DNA of 62,774 nucleotides from Girardia tigrina (taxonomy: Eukaryota), in NCBI GenBank assembly GCA_001938485.1, contig MQRK01223291.1:1-62774 (forward strand). The letters are read 5' to 3'. Shown here in pieces: positions 14,161 to 27,100 of this stretch. A program made the translations under genes and the position numbers. The notes beneath the pieces were generated by a model. That model was not told the origin of the DNA. It saw only the letters and a program-made list of their open reading frames with translations, and did not search any database. The stretch's first letter is position 1, and each line of letters begins with the position of its first letter.

Positions 14161-15286
14161 TAAGAGGCGACATAGCTAAACAGAAAACAGCATATATATA
14201 AACTACAGGGTTTCTCAAAAGTATTTATATACTTATATATATATATATATTATAGTTTATTATTTAGGTAAAAAATAAATACGGACAAGAAGTAAACTCC
14301 ATTCTTTAAATAAATGGAAGTTCTGTTCAAGTATACAATGAAAATAGGAATATCATACCGTCCGCTTTATATGTATATCCCTTCGAGCAGCTGCTTTATC
14401 CATTAATGCATTTAATAAGTACTTTTGACTAATTAACAGAATATTGAAAAAAAATAAAATATATTTAATAAATCTAATTATGAATGCTTCCAGTTGTGTT
14501 AACATAAATCTCAATTGAACGAGTCAAGTACAAAGATACGTTGTTTTTTATTATTATTATAATATTGTCTATTTTTACTTATCGCAACTCGAATCACGAG
14601 ATAATAATGGAATGATTAAAACATTTATATAATGTTGATAACGATTTAATTAGAGAACTTTAAATTAATTAATGATCCAAAACTTACATTAATGTTATGG
14701 CAAGATCCAGGGTTAATCTATGTAGATTGTTTTGCCTTCAAATTGTATTTCTGATTAAATTATGCACGTTTTGTCCTAATTATAAAAGGATTTTCATTGG
14801 CCAATAAGAAATGACGTGTAAATCGATATCTATACAACGCAGCATTTGAAATTAGACATTAAATGAATTTCATGACAGAATTATATTTTATTATCTGTTT
14901 TCATTGTACTTCATATCAATCAGAATAAATGCAATGGGTAGTAAAAGTATACAAATACCAATAGTATACTTATTTGAATTTATTCTTTTCGTTGACTGAT
15001 TTATGAAAATAAGATATAAATTTATAATTATAATTTTACATATTCTTTGTACTTTTATTGGTTTTTGAATTGTTTTTTTGGATATTGTGTATTTTGATCA
15101 CACGATTTATTTTTATTCGTTATTTTGATTTTATTTACTGTTTACATAATGTTCATTAGAATTTAGTTTAAACGTGAATATATTATTAATGCGTTACGAA
15201 AATAAACAACTGTAATTTATATTATTGTACTTATATTTATTTACAATAATTGAGACTAACTTTTGAATAAATTTTTTTATGGTGCT

Positions 15287-15626
15287 TGTTATCCATTTAA
15301 TATCAAATAACAAATTCCTATTATATGATTTATTAACTATAACACAATATCAATAATCTGGACTATTTAATGGGGAAAATAGTGATGTTATAATGACTCA
15401 CATTTTCAAAGCCTTTTCATTGGTTTACACTCTCAAACAAACATATACTATCAACATACATTCAGCATACATTCAACATACATTCAAGTAACCCATATTA
15501 TTGTGTCATCACAACTGACTACACAATCAATTTAATCAGCAATCACTCAATAATTATTACGCAATTAATCTTAGTTACTTCTGTTAGTAACAAACAATAT
15601 TGATTACATAACTATTCCTACTCACA
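15287..15626 (-). repeat. 3' LTR (340 bp)
   Basis: Matches 20879-21231 with about 11 substitutions and 2 indels by manual count; PPT adjacent at 15627-15637. Confidence 0.95.
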
Positions 15627-18600
15627 TCTCCCCGCCCGACTATGCGTAAGCCACTCTACATTCCGAACAATTTCCGTTCCATCACTTTTCTGGAGTCGGT
15701 AACTTCTCTCGTGATTCTTTCTAATTACGGTGTATGGACCATCATATCTCTTCTCCTGTTTCTGTCGATTCTCGACTTTCACATATACAAGATCACCAAT
15801 TTCAAAACTTCGACTGGTTACTTTCTCTTTTTCTGGTCCTGTATGTTCCATAATCTGAGCTATTTTCTTGTATCTTATCGACTTACCTTTTGTGTCCTCA
15901 TTAACTCCTACAAATCAATCGATGCTTAATTTTCTACCAAATATTACTTCTCCTGGGCTACACAGTAGTTTTCTGAATAGTTGAGTTCATTGTGAACTCA
16001 ATGTGTGGAAGGCATTCCTCCCGATCTCGAAATAATTTATCTTTGATACAACAGTAGAGCCAATCTCGAATAGTACGGAATTGTCTCTCTATCTGCCTAT
16101 TCGCTTGGTATGGTACGGACTTGAATATTGAATGTCAAAATTGTACTTTTTTGCTAATTGTTTGAATATTGTTGATACGAAACATCTGCCATTATCAACA
16201 TGTATTACTTTTGGAGTTCCAAATTTTAGTATCCAATATTCCGTTAATATTTTCACTAATGTTTTCTCGTCTTGGCTTGTTACTGGTCTCAGTATTATAT
16301 ACTTACTAAACTGATCAATGATTGCCAGTATATATTTTTTCCAGATAATGTTGTTCTCAAAGGTCCACAAAAATCTATATATAATGATTCAAACGGTTCT
16401 TTCGCTGTTAGAGTTTGGTTAACTTCTTTAGTTTTCTCTGTAAAAACTTTTCCTTCTTGACAGATTTGACAACTCCGAACAGTGTTTCTCACAGTTTCTT
16501 CAAACTGATCCATTTCATAATTATCCTGTAGAAATTTAAAAACTTTTTGAGAGCCAGCATGGCATAATATGCGGTGATAGAGTTTTATAAATTCCTCTCT
16601 TTTCTCTCTCGGTACATATATCTTGTTTTTCTTCCGGACAAGTCCATCTACAATATTATATTCTAAACATTCTTTTGTTCCAATTTTTTTACCTATTTCC
16701 TTAATTTCCTGACAATCTTCTTGCAGAGAGGGTATCAAATTCTCCTGATCCATTGCCAACAATCTTGTTTGACACTTTGTTCTTTTTGCATCTATATGTT
16801 CCATCTGGCACAGTTTACAAAACTCAGTGTTCATCCTTGAAATTGCGTCTGCGTTACCATGCTTCTCTCCTTTTCTATATTCTAATTTTATGTTCAGGCT
16901 GCTCGAAAAATTTATCCAATTCTGGAATTGTGCAGTAATCGGTTTTCTAGTCGTCAACATAAATGTGATGGCTCAATGATCAGTCCTTAAAATGAATCTT
17001 TTACCATAAAGATAATGTTTGAAATGTTGCGTGAAATGAAATACTGCCAACAATTCCTTCCTAGTTATGCAATATCCAAGTTCATGCTTAGTCATGCTCC
17101 GAGATCCAAAAGCTATGACTCTTTCTCGGTCCTCTCTATCTGTTTGGGACAGAACGGCTCCGATTGTATCGAAACTCGCATCCGTGTCAAGAATAAATTC
17201 TTCGGAAAAATCTGGGTATCTTAAAATAGGAGTATTCAACAATTTTTCTTTCAATTCCGTAAAAGCTCTGTCACATTCATCCGTCCAGACAATACTTTTA
17301 TTTTTAACATTTATTAATGATTCTAATGGTCTTAAATATCTTGAATAGTCTTTAATAAACTTCCTATAATAATTGACTAGACCGAGAAAACTTCTCACAT
17401 GTTTTACGCATTTTGGTCTTTCGAATTTCTTTATAACGTCAATTTTATCCATATCAGTCTTTATTCCTTCGGAATTTATTATATGACCTAAAAATTTTAT
17501 TTCTGGTACAAGAAATTTACATTTATCAGGATTTAATTTCAGACTCACGCCAGATATTCTTTTGAATAATTTTTCCATTATCCTTATGTGATCCTCCAAA
17601 GTCTTTGAAAAAACTAAAATGTCATCCAAGTATACTAAACTCTCTCTCCAATTCATATCTCCAATANNNNNNNNNNNNNNNNNNNNNNNNNNNNNNNNNN
17701 NNNNNNNNNNNNNNNNGTGATAGAGTTTTATAAATTCCTCTCTTTTCTCTCTCGGTACATATATCTTGTTTTTCTTCCGGACAAGTCCATCTACAATATT
17801 ATATTCTAAACATTCTTTTGTTCCAATTTTTTTACCTATTTCCTTAATTTCCTGACAATCTTCTTGCAGAGAGGGTATCAAATTCTCCTGATCCATTGCC
17901 AACAATCTTGTTTGACACTTTGTTCTTTTTGCATCTATATGTTCCATCTGGCACAGTTTACAAAACTCAGTGTTCATCCTTGAAATTGCGTCTGCGTTAC
18001 CATGCTTCTCTCCTTTTCTATATTCTAATTTTATGTTCAGGCTGCTCGAAAAATTTATCCAATTCTGGAATTGTGCAGTAATCGGTTTTCTAGTCGTCAA
18101 CATAAATGTGATGGCTCAATGATCAGTCCTTAAAATGAATCTTTTACCATAAAGATAATGTTTGAAATGTTGCGTGAAATGAAATACTGCCAACAATTCC
18201 TTCCTAGTTATGCAATATCCAAGTTCATGCTTAGTCATNNNNNNNNNNNNNNNNNNNNNNNNNNNNNNNNNNNNNNNNNNNNNNNNNNNNNNNNNNNNNN
18301 NNNNNNNNNNNNNNNNNNNNNNNNNNNNNNNNNNNNNNNNNNNNNNNNNNNNNNNNNGGTATCTTAAAATAGGAGTATTCAACAATTTTTCTTTCAATTC
18401 CGTAAAAGCTCTGTCACATTCATCCGTCCAGACAATACTTTTATTTTTAACATTTATTAATGATTCTAATGGTCTTAAATATCTTGAATAGTCTTTAATA
18501 AACTTCCTATAATAATTGACTAGACCGAGAAAACTTCTCACATGTTTTACGCATTTTGGTCTTTCGAATTTCTTTATAACGTCAATTTTATCCATATCAG

Positions 18601-19822
18601 TCNNNNNNNNNNNNNNNNNNNNNNNNNNNNNNNNNNNNNNNNNNNNNNNNNNNNNNNNNNNNNNNNNNNNNNNNNNNNNNNNNNNNNNNNNNNNNNNNNN
18701 NNNNNNNNNNNNNNNNNNNNNNNNNNNNNNNNNNNNNTCCAAAGTCTTTGAAAAAACTAAAATGTCATCCAAGTATACTAAACTCTCTCTCCAATTCATA
18801 TCTCCAATAACTATGGTCATCAATTTTTGGAATGTCGATGGGGCTGCTGCAATCCCCAACGGCATTCTGTTAAAGCAGTATTGACCATATTTCGTAGAGA
18901 ATGCAGTCTTTTCTTTTGATTTTTCTTCTAATTCGACTTGGTAATACGCACTACCTAGGTCAATAGTTGAAAAATATTTAGATNNNTGCAGAGAGTCCAT
19001 CATCTCGTTAACATTCGGTAGAGGAAAAGCTGGTCTCACTGATTTAGCGTTCAATAATCTAAAATCTAAACACATGCGTATCTCTTCTGAGTTCTTCTTG
19101 GATACACATACAATTGGAGAGTTCCATAGAGATTCGCATTTTGATATAATCCCATGTTTCTCCAAATTCTCAATTATTTCCTGTATCTTCCCTTCAAAAT
19201 GCATTGGCTTTTCATCTACACCTAATTTCTTATATATAGTTGACTGTTCATCTATCTTCTTGTTCAATACTAAACAGCTATCTTGAAATTCAGTAAGTTA
19301 TTTTGATTTAACTCTATTATAAGATTTTTCTTTATTATCAGTGGCACAATTTCCATTCTTTAAAATACTATATTCATTAAATTCATTATTATTAACTTTA
19401 TTATTGTATTTTTCATCGTAATTATTTGTATCATTATTAACATTATCATCAACTGTATTAAAAAAAGTTTTATTGATATTAAATTTATTATTAAATGTAT
19501 TATTATAATTATTTGTATCATTATTATCATTATCATTAATTGTATAAAAAACATTATTATTATCAATCAAAAAATTTTCATTCGGCAACATACAATATGC
19601 ATTAACGTTCTGTTCTGTAAGCCATCCAAAATCATCACATTCATTACTAATATCACAATCAGTCATCCTCTCATCATACTTTAATACACAGTCATACATA
19701 TTATTTACATTACAATCATCACCATTCACACATTCGGCTTTTAAAAATCGAGTATCATTTACAACATCACTTACGCGTCTGAATAGCTCCGAGCATTTCC
19801 CCGATGTCCGAAGCATGTCCAT
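15618..19822 (-). pseudogene. pol: Gypsy pol (Asn-rich spacer, RT, RNase H, integrase with GPY/F); protease not seen
   Basis: ORFs 19298-19822, 18116-19267, 16295-16960, 16089-16370, 15618-15851; in-frame stops and frameshifts; internal 1143-bp duplication. Confidence 0.9.
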
Positions 19823-20879
19823 TTCCCGTCAGCAAATCGTCACCAGTCCGATATCTCTGTTCCGCATCGTTTTTTGAATCTCGTTGTTCGAATTCTGAAA
19901 TTCGGCTCTCTCCGTTATTCATTGCCGCTATTCATCATCTGAATTCGTCCTCCTTTGTTCGTAATATTCGGTTTGTCTCGAATTGGATCTCACTGATATG
20001 CCTCTGTCGTTGAATCTTTCGTTGTCTCTTCTAGCAAAATAGTATTGCTGGATTGAATGACCGTTTCTGTGACATTTTGAACATTTAATATTTGGGCAGT
20101 TCCTCCGAATATTTCCCAATTCCCGACAAGGGTAACATTGAGGTTCATATCTTGGAAGTTGTCTCAGATTTTGGTTGGGCTTCGGGACTTCTCTGTATAT
20201 AATTTGTGGTCTTCTGTTTGGCTCGTAATACTCTCTTCTGTTCGAAAATTGTTGATGATTATATGGCCCGTTTTTTGTGTCATTGCAGCATAACTGGGTC
20301 TATTTATAACCAATATCTCGTCCTGGCTTCGACTGTCTTCAATATCTCCTTGATATATTTTGTCGGTGTGGGGCCTTTTTGATCTTCGATCTCGGAATTG
20401 TCTTTTCCAGAATTCAGTTTCAGCAAAGTTTCAGTATATTCGAATCTTGAAACTTCTTCTCTCATCTTCTCGTCCTCAAGGCAGTATTTTAATAAAAAAG
20501 CTGTTAACTTCTGCTTCATTACTTTTTCGACATTTTTCTCAATTTGTCGAATATATTCGTCGATTGATGCTGTTCCTTTCCTATAAGCAAGAGCGTTTTG
20601 CAGATCCTCCGCAAGATTAGTGGTCTTTACGAACACTCTCCGAAATTTGTCTTCATAATTTTCGAAAATAGTACCTTCTACATTCTTTTCAAACTGCTTC
20701 CTACTGTCTTCGTCCATAAATGCTCGAATAAGGATGTTTCTCTGTTCTTCATTAATTTGAATTATGTTGAAATAATTCCGCATTTCTGATAGAAAATCCT
20801 CCACGTACATCTCGATAGAAAATTTCTTGGGTAGAGGGATAATTCGTAATAGTTCGCTTGTATTTAGCGTGGTCGCCAT
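19769..20879 (-). pseudogene. gag: Gypsy gag (frameshifted) with double CCHC knuckle
   Basis: ORF 20304-20879 plus fragment CYPCRELGNIRRNCPNIKCSKCHRNGH. Confidence 0.85.
20868..20878 (-). promoter_or_regulatory. Primer binding site, probably tRNA-Arg
   Basis: TGGCGACCACG directly after the LTR; complementary to the ..CGUGGUCGCCA 3' end typical of tRNA-Arg(UCG). Confidence 0.7.
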
Positions 20880-21231
20880 GTTATTTATTTAATATCAAAT
20901 AACAAATTCCGATTATATGATTTATTAACTATAACACAATATCAATAATCTGGACTATTTAATGGGGAAAATAATGATGTTATAATGATTCACATTTTCA
21001 AAGCCTTTTCATTAGTTTACACTCTCAAACAAACATATACTATCAACATGCATTCAGCATACATTCAACATACATTCAGCATACATTCAAGTAACCCATA
21101 TTATTGTGTCATCACAACTGACTTTATACAATCAATTTAATCAGCAATCACTCAATAATTATTACGCAATTAAACTTAGTTACTTCTGTTAGTAGCAAAC
21201 AATATTGATTACATAATTATTCCTACTCACA
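20879..21231 (-). repeat. 5' LTR (353 bp)
   Basis: Direct repeat of 15287-15626; followed on the minus strand by the PBS. Confidence 0.95.
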
Positions 21232-21389
21232 GTGCTCCTGATAATTTTATTACAAATTACTGTAAGAAATACCGTATTTAAAATTATGTTAAAAAACCAT
21301 TTATGTGAATTGTAGATAAAAAAACATTTTATTGAAAAGTAATTTGTAAATTATAACATCAGATTTTTTATAAAAATCACAATTCGTTA

Positions 21390-21833
21390 TTATTAAGAAC
21401 ACCGATTTGACTTTTTGTATTTTTATTTACACAACAATTTGGATTGTCCTTAATACAATCTTTGTCAAAGCTTTTGTACAAGTGCATGTTAAAATAAATT
21501 GATCATGAATAAATTCTTATTATTTTTTTAGCAAATGGAGAAATAAATAATTTATTAAAATATTTACTCAAAACTTATTGGATAAAAATTTAAATGATTA
21601 ATTGATATTTTTAAAAAATATTAATTTGATTTATTTATTAAAAATTGTAAAACTTAATTAATTTATTTAAAATTTTAAAATTATTTGAAATTAAAAAATA
21701 AATTTAAACATTACATATTTTTAGATAATAAGAATTAAAATATTAATCATCCATCTGGGTAGGAGAGACACAATTTCAAATCAACATACAACATTCAAAC
21801 ACAAAACATCAAACATTTAAAATATTCCTCACA
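21390..21833 (-). repeat. Solo-LTR-like repeat (TGTGAGGAATATT family)
   Basis: Ends AATATTCCTCACA; collinear with 49710-49907 plus 51338-51568. Confidence 0.6.
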
Positions 21834-23003
21834 GTTATACTAAAAAAACGAGTGTAAAATCAAAAAAAAAGTTATTTTAATGAACTACATGATTCTCAAA
21901 ACCCACTTATCATTTTGAAGAATAGCGCATAAGATTTTAAACCAGCGTAAAGAGGATTGATTTTCAGATTTTACACATATCATCGTAAAGGAGTTACCAG
22001 GTTACGAGCTGAAGATCACCTTGAACAAAGCATTCCCATCAGACGGACCGACTGAGACATTATCCGCAATTTAGGATGAAGTTATGATGTCGTAGCCCAC
22101 AAGACCACCGGGAGTCGCCGTGGTTGAACGGAAGCACTGTACTTGCGGAAAGCGGAACTCATACAACTGTCTCATTCTCGGCCGATAGGACCCTCCACAC
22201 TAAAGTGGTCCGTAGCGCAACCGACTCGAGAGTCCAGCCGTACCACCCTGTCTATAAAATATGTATTCAGTTTTCTTCTTAGATTTTGTTTTTTAATAAT
22301 CATATCCCTGACACAAATATTTGGAAACTTAAAAGGTTAACATTTATGGAACTTAAAATTATTTAGATATTTACTTTTATATGAAAAATTATAAATATGT
22401 TACATTTAAATATATTATTTAATTAAATATTACGCCAAATTGAAATGAAATCAAAAAGATTTAAATAGGGGAGAATCAGACATTGTCAAAAAAACGAATA
22501 AACAACTATAAATTTTGAAATTATTTTTTTTCTACAAACAAGGCCTTGAAAGTAGCAATAAATCTACCGACTTAAAGGTATATTACGTTTTCCAAATTAT
22601 ACCATTGGAATTTAAGTACTTAAAAAGAAAATAAAAAGTTAATTTTACTGAAAAGAACACAAAATAACGAATAAAATATAAAATATAAAATATGAAAATA
22701 TAATACTGATGGGGGTTTGATATCTAACTAAAATTGAAACTCACCGCTCTTTTATGTTAAGGCTATATTATATAATATGCCCTGGGGTCAGTTCGTGCAA
22801 TTGAATCTGACCTTACAGTTACGTAAAGTGGTGGTGAAATTACATATGACTAGAGATGTGCTATCATCGGAGTTCGACATTATTGAATGCGATGAGGAAT
22901 GACATCACCACATATGCAGTTTTCATATATATATTATTGAGTCTTGTGAACGCAAGTTTAGTATTTCGAAAATATAATTTGATTAAAGCTTTTTTATATA
23001 ATT

Positions 23004-23046
23004 ATTGGACATGTTTCGATGTTTACATACATCATCATCAGCAATT
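23004..23046 (-). ncRNA. Minimal hammerhead ribozyme with canonical GUC site
   Basis: Minus strand: ATTG-CTGATGA-T-GATGT atgtaa ACATC-GAAAC AT GTC-CAAT; stems I and II pair; palindromic ACATGT stem III. Confidence 0.85.
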
Positions 23047-23515
23047 TTCGGATGTTTAGTAAATGAATATTGAATTGTTTGAATAATACAATTTTAATAC
23101 AATTTTAATAAATATAATTTACTTTAAAAAGTGACGAAGAAATTAAACATTATTATTTATAAAAATATTATTGGGTAATAATGGCAAAAAATATTTTAAT
23201 TAAAAATTTTAAGTATTGAAATAACCTTACTTTGCCCATTCTGAATGTTAATTGNNNNNNNNNNNNNNNNNNNNNNNNNNNNNNNNNNNNNNNNNNNNNN
23301 NNNNNNNNNNNNNNNNNNNNNNNNNNNNNNNNNNNNNNNNNNNNNNNNNNNNNNNNNNNNNNNNNNNNNNNNNNNNNNNNNNNNNNNNNNNNNCCTTACT
23401 CGATCGACTCATTTGCGAGTGCTCGCTAATCCGGGTTTTGAGATGACGATTTGTCTCTCCGATGTACGAGTTTTGACACCCGTGACAATTAAATTTATAT
23501 ACCAGATTAACTAGC
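23004..23515 (-). mobile_element. Penelope-like 3' fragment (GIY-YIG + pLTR)
   Basis: Minus-strand NLVYKFNCHGCQNSYIGETNRHLKTRISEH; hammerhead downstream. Confidence 0.85.
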
Positions 23516-24136
23516 AAATCACAAACTGTTTCGTTCTCAAAATAGCTTATAAAACCATGTGCATAATTCTTGACGTGACATCCTCCACCAAAAACTCTAC
23601 AATACGGTAAAGAACCGCATCGGGTGCACCAATACTTAGATTTTCAATTTTTCACACCAGGGCAGGATAATACTCCACAACAATTCTCAAATCAACGAAG
23701 TTTCTCAACGGTAGGCAAACGTAAACCACACTATAAAGAACGAAACTAACAAAGAAATTTCGAAAATAGGTACACTAATCAAAGAAATAATGAATAAAAA
23801 CCGAGAAATAACTATTCAAAAGTCGTAAAATGCTGGGCATGCCACAAAGAAGGACATATCAGAAGAAACTGTCCAAATATAAAGTGTTCTTGTTGCAACA
23901 AAATGACCATATCAGGATGCAATGCTATATGAACAAGAATAGATTTAAAGGAAGAGACCAAGACTCCAGAAAAAATGAATGGCAAAGAACAAATAACCCA
24001 CAAAATCAACAGAGGCATCAAAATCTAAGATATGATATTGCAGAAATGCATGATGACAACGATTACAACGAATATGAAGAAACATGATCAAATGAAGGAA
24101 ACTCGAGGCAAAGAATGTTTACAGATAATAAACAAG

Positions 24137-27100
24137 TGTTGCGGTCGAGAAATCAAATACATAATATAAAACACATATAATTATAAACATTAAGAAAAGG
24201 AATATAAAAAGAAAGACCCACGAGAATAATACATTTATTACAATCATTACAGATAAAAAAGATGGGTCCCAGGATTGTCTTTGATTATCCATGTCAGCAT
24301 CGCAACTAAAAACAATAGATAAGGAAAATCGAACAAGTGAATTGAAAGCATACCCGATGAGAAGAACCAAATAACATAGTAGGTCGTTGGATTTGAACCG
24401 CCGAACCCCGGAAACGTTGAGGAAGAAGTTAATCGCTTTAAAAAAGAAAATAAGTAATTAAAAAGAGACCAAAATGAATTAAATCACCTCTTGGACGACC
24501 CGTTGTTGTTTAGAGGTCACCCGACCCTCCACGTGTAGCTTGTGACGAGACCAATCCCCGGGTGTTGCCCGCCAAGTCATAGTAATTTCCTGGAGAGGGC
24601 TATACCCCTGAAAAGAAATATAAATTAAGTAAAGAAGAACAAAGGTTAATTAACGAACAAAGAATAGTAAATAAAACTTACGGTGAGTCAGGCCCACGAA
24701 GAAAGAACAGCGTCACACGGTGAATAGTCATCGGTGACAAAGGAGCGTTGTGACCAACAATCATTGTCTGGAGCCAGACACACGGCCTAAGAACAACCAG
24801 CCCCGGCGAATAGGAATCCGAAATTAGTGACAACAACCAACCAGAAGCGACCACGAGGAAAAGACACCCTGACAAACGAAATAGTGAGTATTATAAATAC
24901 GATATTCACTGACAATTATTTGCACAATTTTCTTACAAATTTCCGACACAATTTCATAAATACAATTTTTACGACTTTTGCAAATTTGCGACCACAATTT
25001 CATAACCACAAATTCCGCGATTCTCAAGCTTATCGAAGATAACTTTGCACGACAACGAAAGCCGAAGATTACACGGAACCAGAGAATTTCAATTCGGAGA
25101 CACGATAACCGAGGAAGACTTGCCGAGTTATTTGACGCATTCACTTCGGACGGAGAAGCAGAGAGACACTTCTATCCACGGACGTGTCGACTGGCGAGAT
25201 TACCGAGGAATACCGAACGAGATTACAGAACAAACCTCCGGAGACCGTAAATTGTAATTTTTCTTTTATTATGGTTGATATCTATCGTTTTGTTAACTCT
25301 AAAAGTATTTAAGCAATATATTGAATTTTCATTTTTCTGTTCATAAGGTGTGTTTATTTGATTAATTTATACAACAAAACCCCTTTTTCCGCGATAGAGT
25401 AAGTCACCCGTCGTCCCGCCGTCGCCGCCTTCTGCTATGCCCCGCGAGAATTTGCGCTCGAACGCGCGTTGGAAGAGCGTCGGTAGTTACGCCGACCCGA
25501 TTATTGTCGACATAGCATCGGTGCCCCTCGAATCGTTCCTTCGGGGAAGCCGCGCCGGGTTGACTGCCGAGATTACGGGAGCACGAGCTTATCCGTGCCA
25601 GTCGACCGAACACTTTGGGAATATTTAAATCATAAATATAGTTTTCCCCATAGTATTAGTTGTTTGTTGATTTCTTTAGCGTTTTTAATTTTTTTTTGTG
25701 ACTTATAAATAGTTAATGTGCAAAGTTTCGTGAAATATAAAACTAAAATAAAAATAAAGAATATTTATTGAAAAGTATAATGAGAACGTTTGATTGGGAA
25801 TGATTACAAACAATTCAATGTTTGGAGAATATAGAATATTTTATTCCTGAATATATTTATGTGTATATGGTAACCTTTCACTATTTGTAGCTTTACGTTT
25901 TTCCCCTTAAGTTGAAATCATATGGACAGAATTGTTTGAGTCCTCATTAATATATCGTATTTTATTCATTTACTTACTGATTTTTTTTTATTATTGATTT
26001 TTGACAAATTATTGTGTAAGATTAAATTGTCCAAATGATAACTGTTCCTGTTTTAAATCAGGATTGAAGGGATTAGTTTACATAAGTAAAGTTTACAAAA
26101 CAAGTTTCTGATTACTGAAGTTCACTCTCATTTGTAAGAAACTATGAAATATTTATTATCTTCACTTCGTTTTAATTTATTTTGATTAATTGTTTTCGTT
26201 GAATTCAGTGAATATTATTTTTTTTTAAAGTTTTTAAGAAAAATTAGAAAATTAATAAGAGGTTACAAATAAATTACATTCGATAAAAGAATTACCGGTT
26301 CTATTCATGTGATTATCTTCTTAAAGACGGGTTGAAAATCTTTTGATTAAAATTCCCTTGAGGGTCGAAAACGTGCCCAGAATTGTGATAGAATTTGAAT
26401 GTTTAAAACAAACGGCCTTAACAACCGAATGTTAGGGGTTGTTATTGAATTTTATAATTAAATTGCTCCGATAAAAATTTCTAATCGTATTTTAGTTAAG
26501 GAAATATGTATATATCTAGCTAATTTATTTTGGTCAAATTTAGATATTAGTATTAGTATTCATGAGCAATAATTTAATCAAGTTCTAGGGAATTACAATC
26601 CCATATTTTAATTTTTTAACGAATTATGGTTTAATGTAAAAGTGAAATGGTTTATCTCAATAGAAAACACTTTTAGATAGAATTCTCAGCTGACGGGATA
26701 TGAATTTATGAAATTAACCAATTCAACTCGATGAAATAAAATGGGAGATATGAATTTTATAGAGACTAATTTCCACGATTAATTTGACTATAGAAGTGTA
26801 TAGTAAAATCGAGCTATAGAAAATTCACGGGTTGGGCGATTTATAAGCGCGTCCATCGAATAATTGTAGGAAAGATTTATTTAAAGCTGCTGTTGATCGT
26901 CCGCTTGATGGTGTCGATTAATAATAAAACTGCTAACGCTTATAATTACGACTTAGAATGTCTTACGAATTAGAGATAAAAATCTTGATAGAAATGAACG
27001 TAAGCCGAATTTATTTTTTTTTGAATTTTGCTGATGAGTATATTAGGAATCGAGTTGATAGATAAAGTAACTGTCGGATCGTGGTAGAGATTTTAACCCT

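Larger units (their letters stand above)
15287..21231 (-). mobile_element. Full-length Ty3/Gypsy LTR retrotransposon (inactive)
   Basis: LTRs 15287-15626 and 20879-21231 (TG..CA), 5-bp TSD GTGCT, PBS TGGCGACCACG, PPT GGGCGGGGAGA; gag, RT (YLDD), RNase H (DTDAS..KELLA..TDH), IN (HVDNG, GPY) in Gypsy order. Confidence 0.97.

Noticed and set aside
15642-20789. Plus-strand ORFs over the Gypsy element
   Set aside because: Antisense shadows of gag/pol with no independent motifs.
25404-25628. ORFs on both strands of the GC island
   Set aside because: Short, explained by low stop-codon frequency in GC-rich DNA, no recognisable domain.
27031-27060. CTGATGAG hammerhead-like core
   Set aside because: No stem II followed by GAAA.
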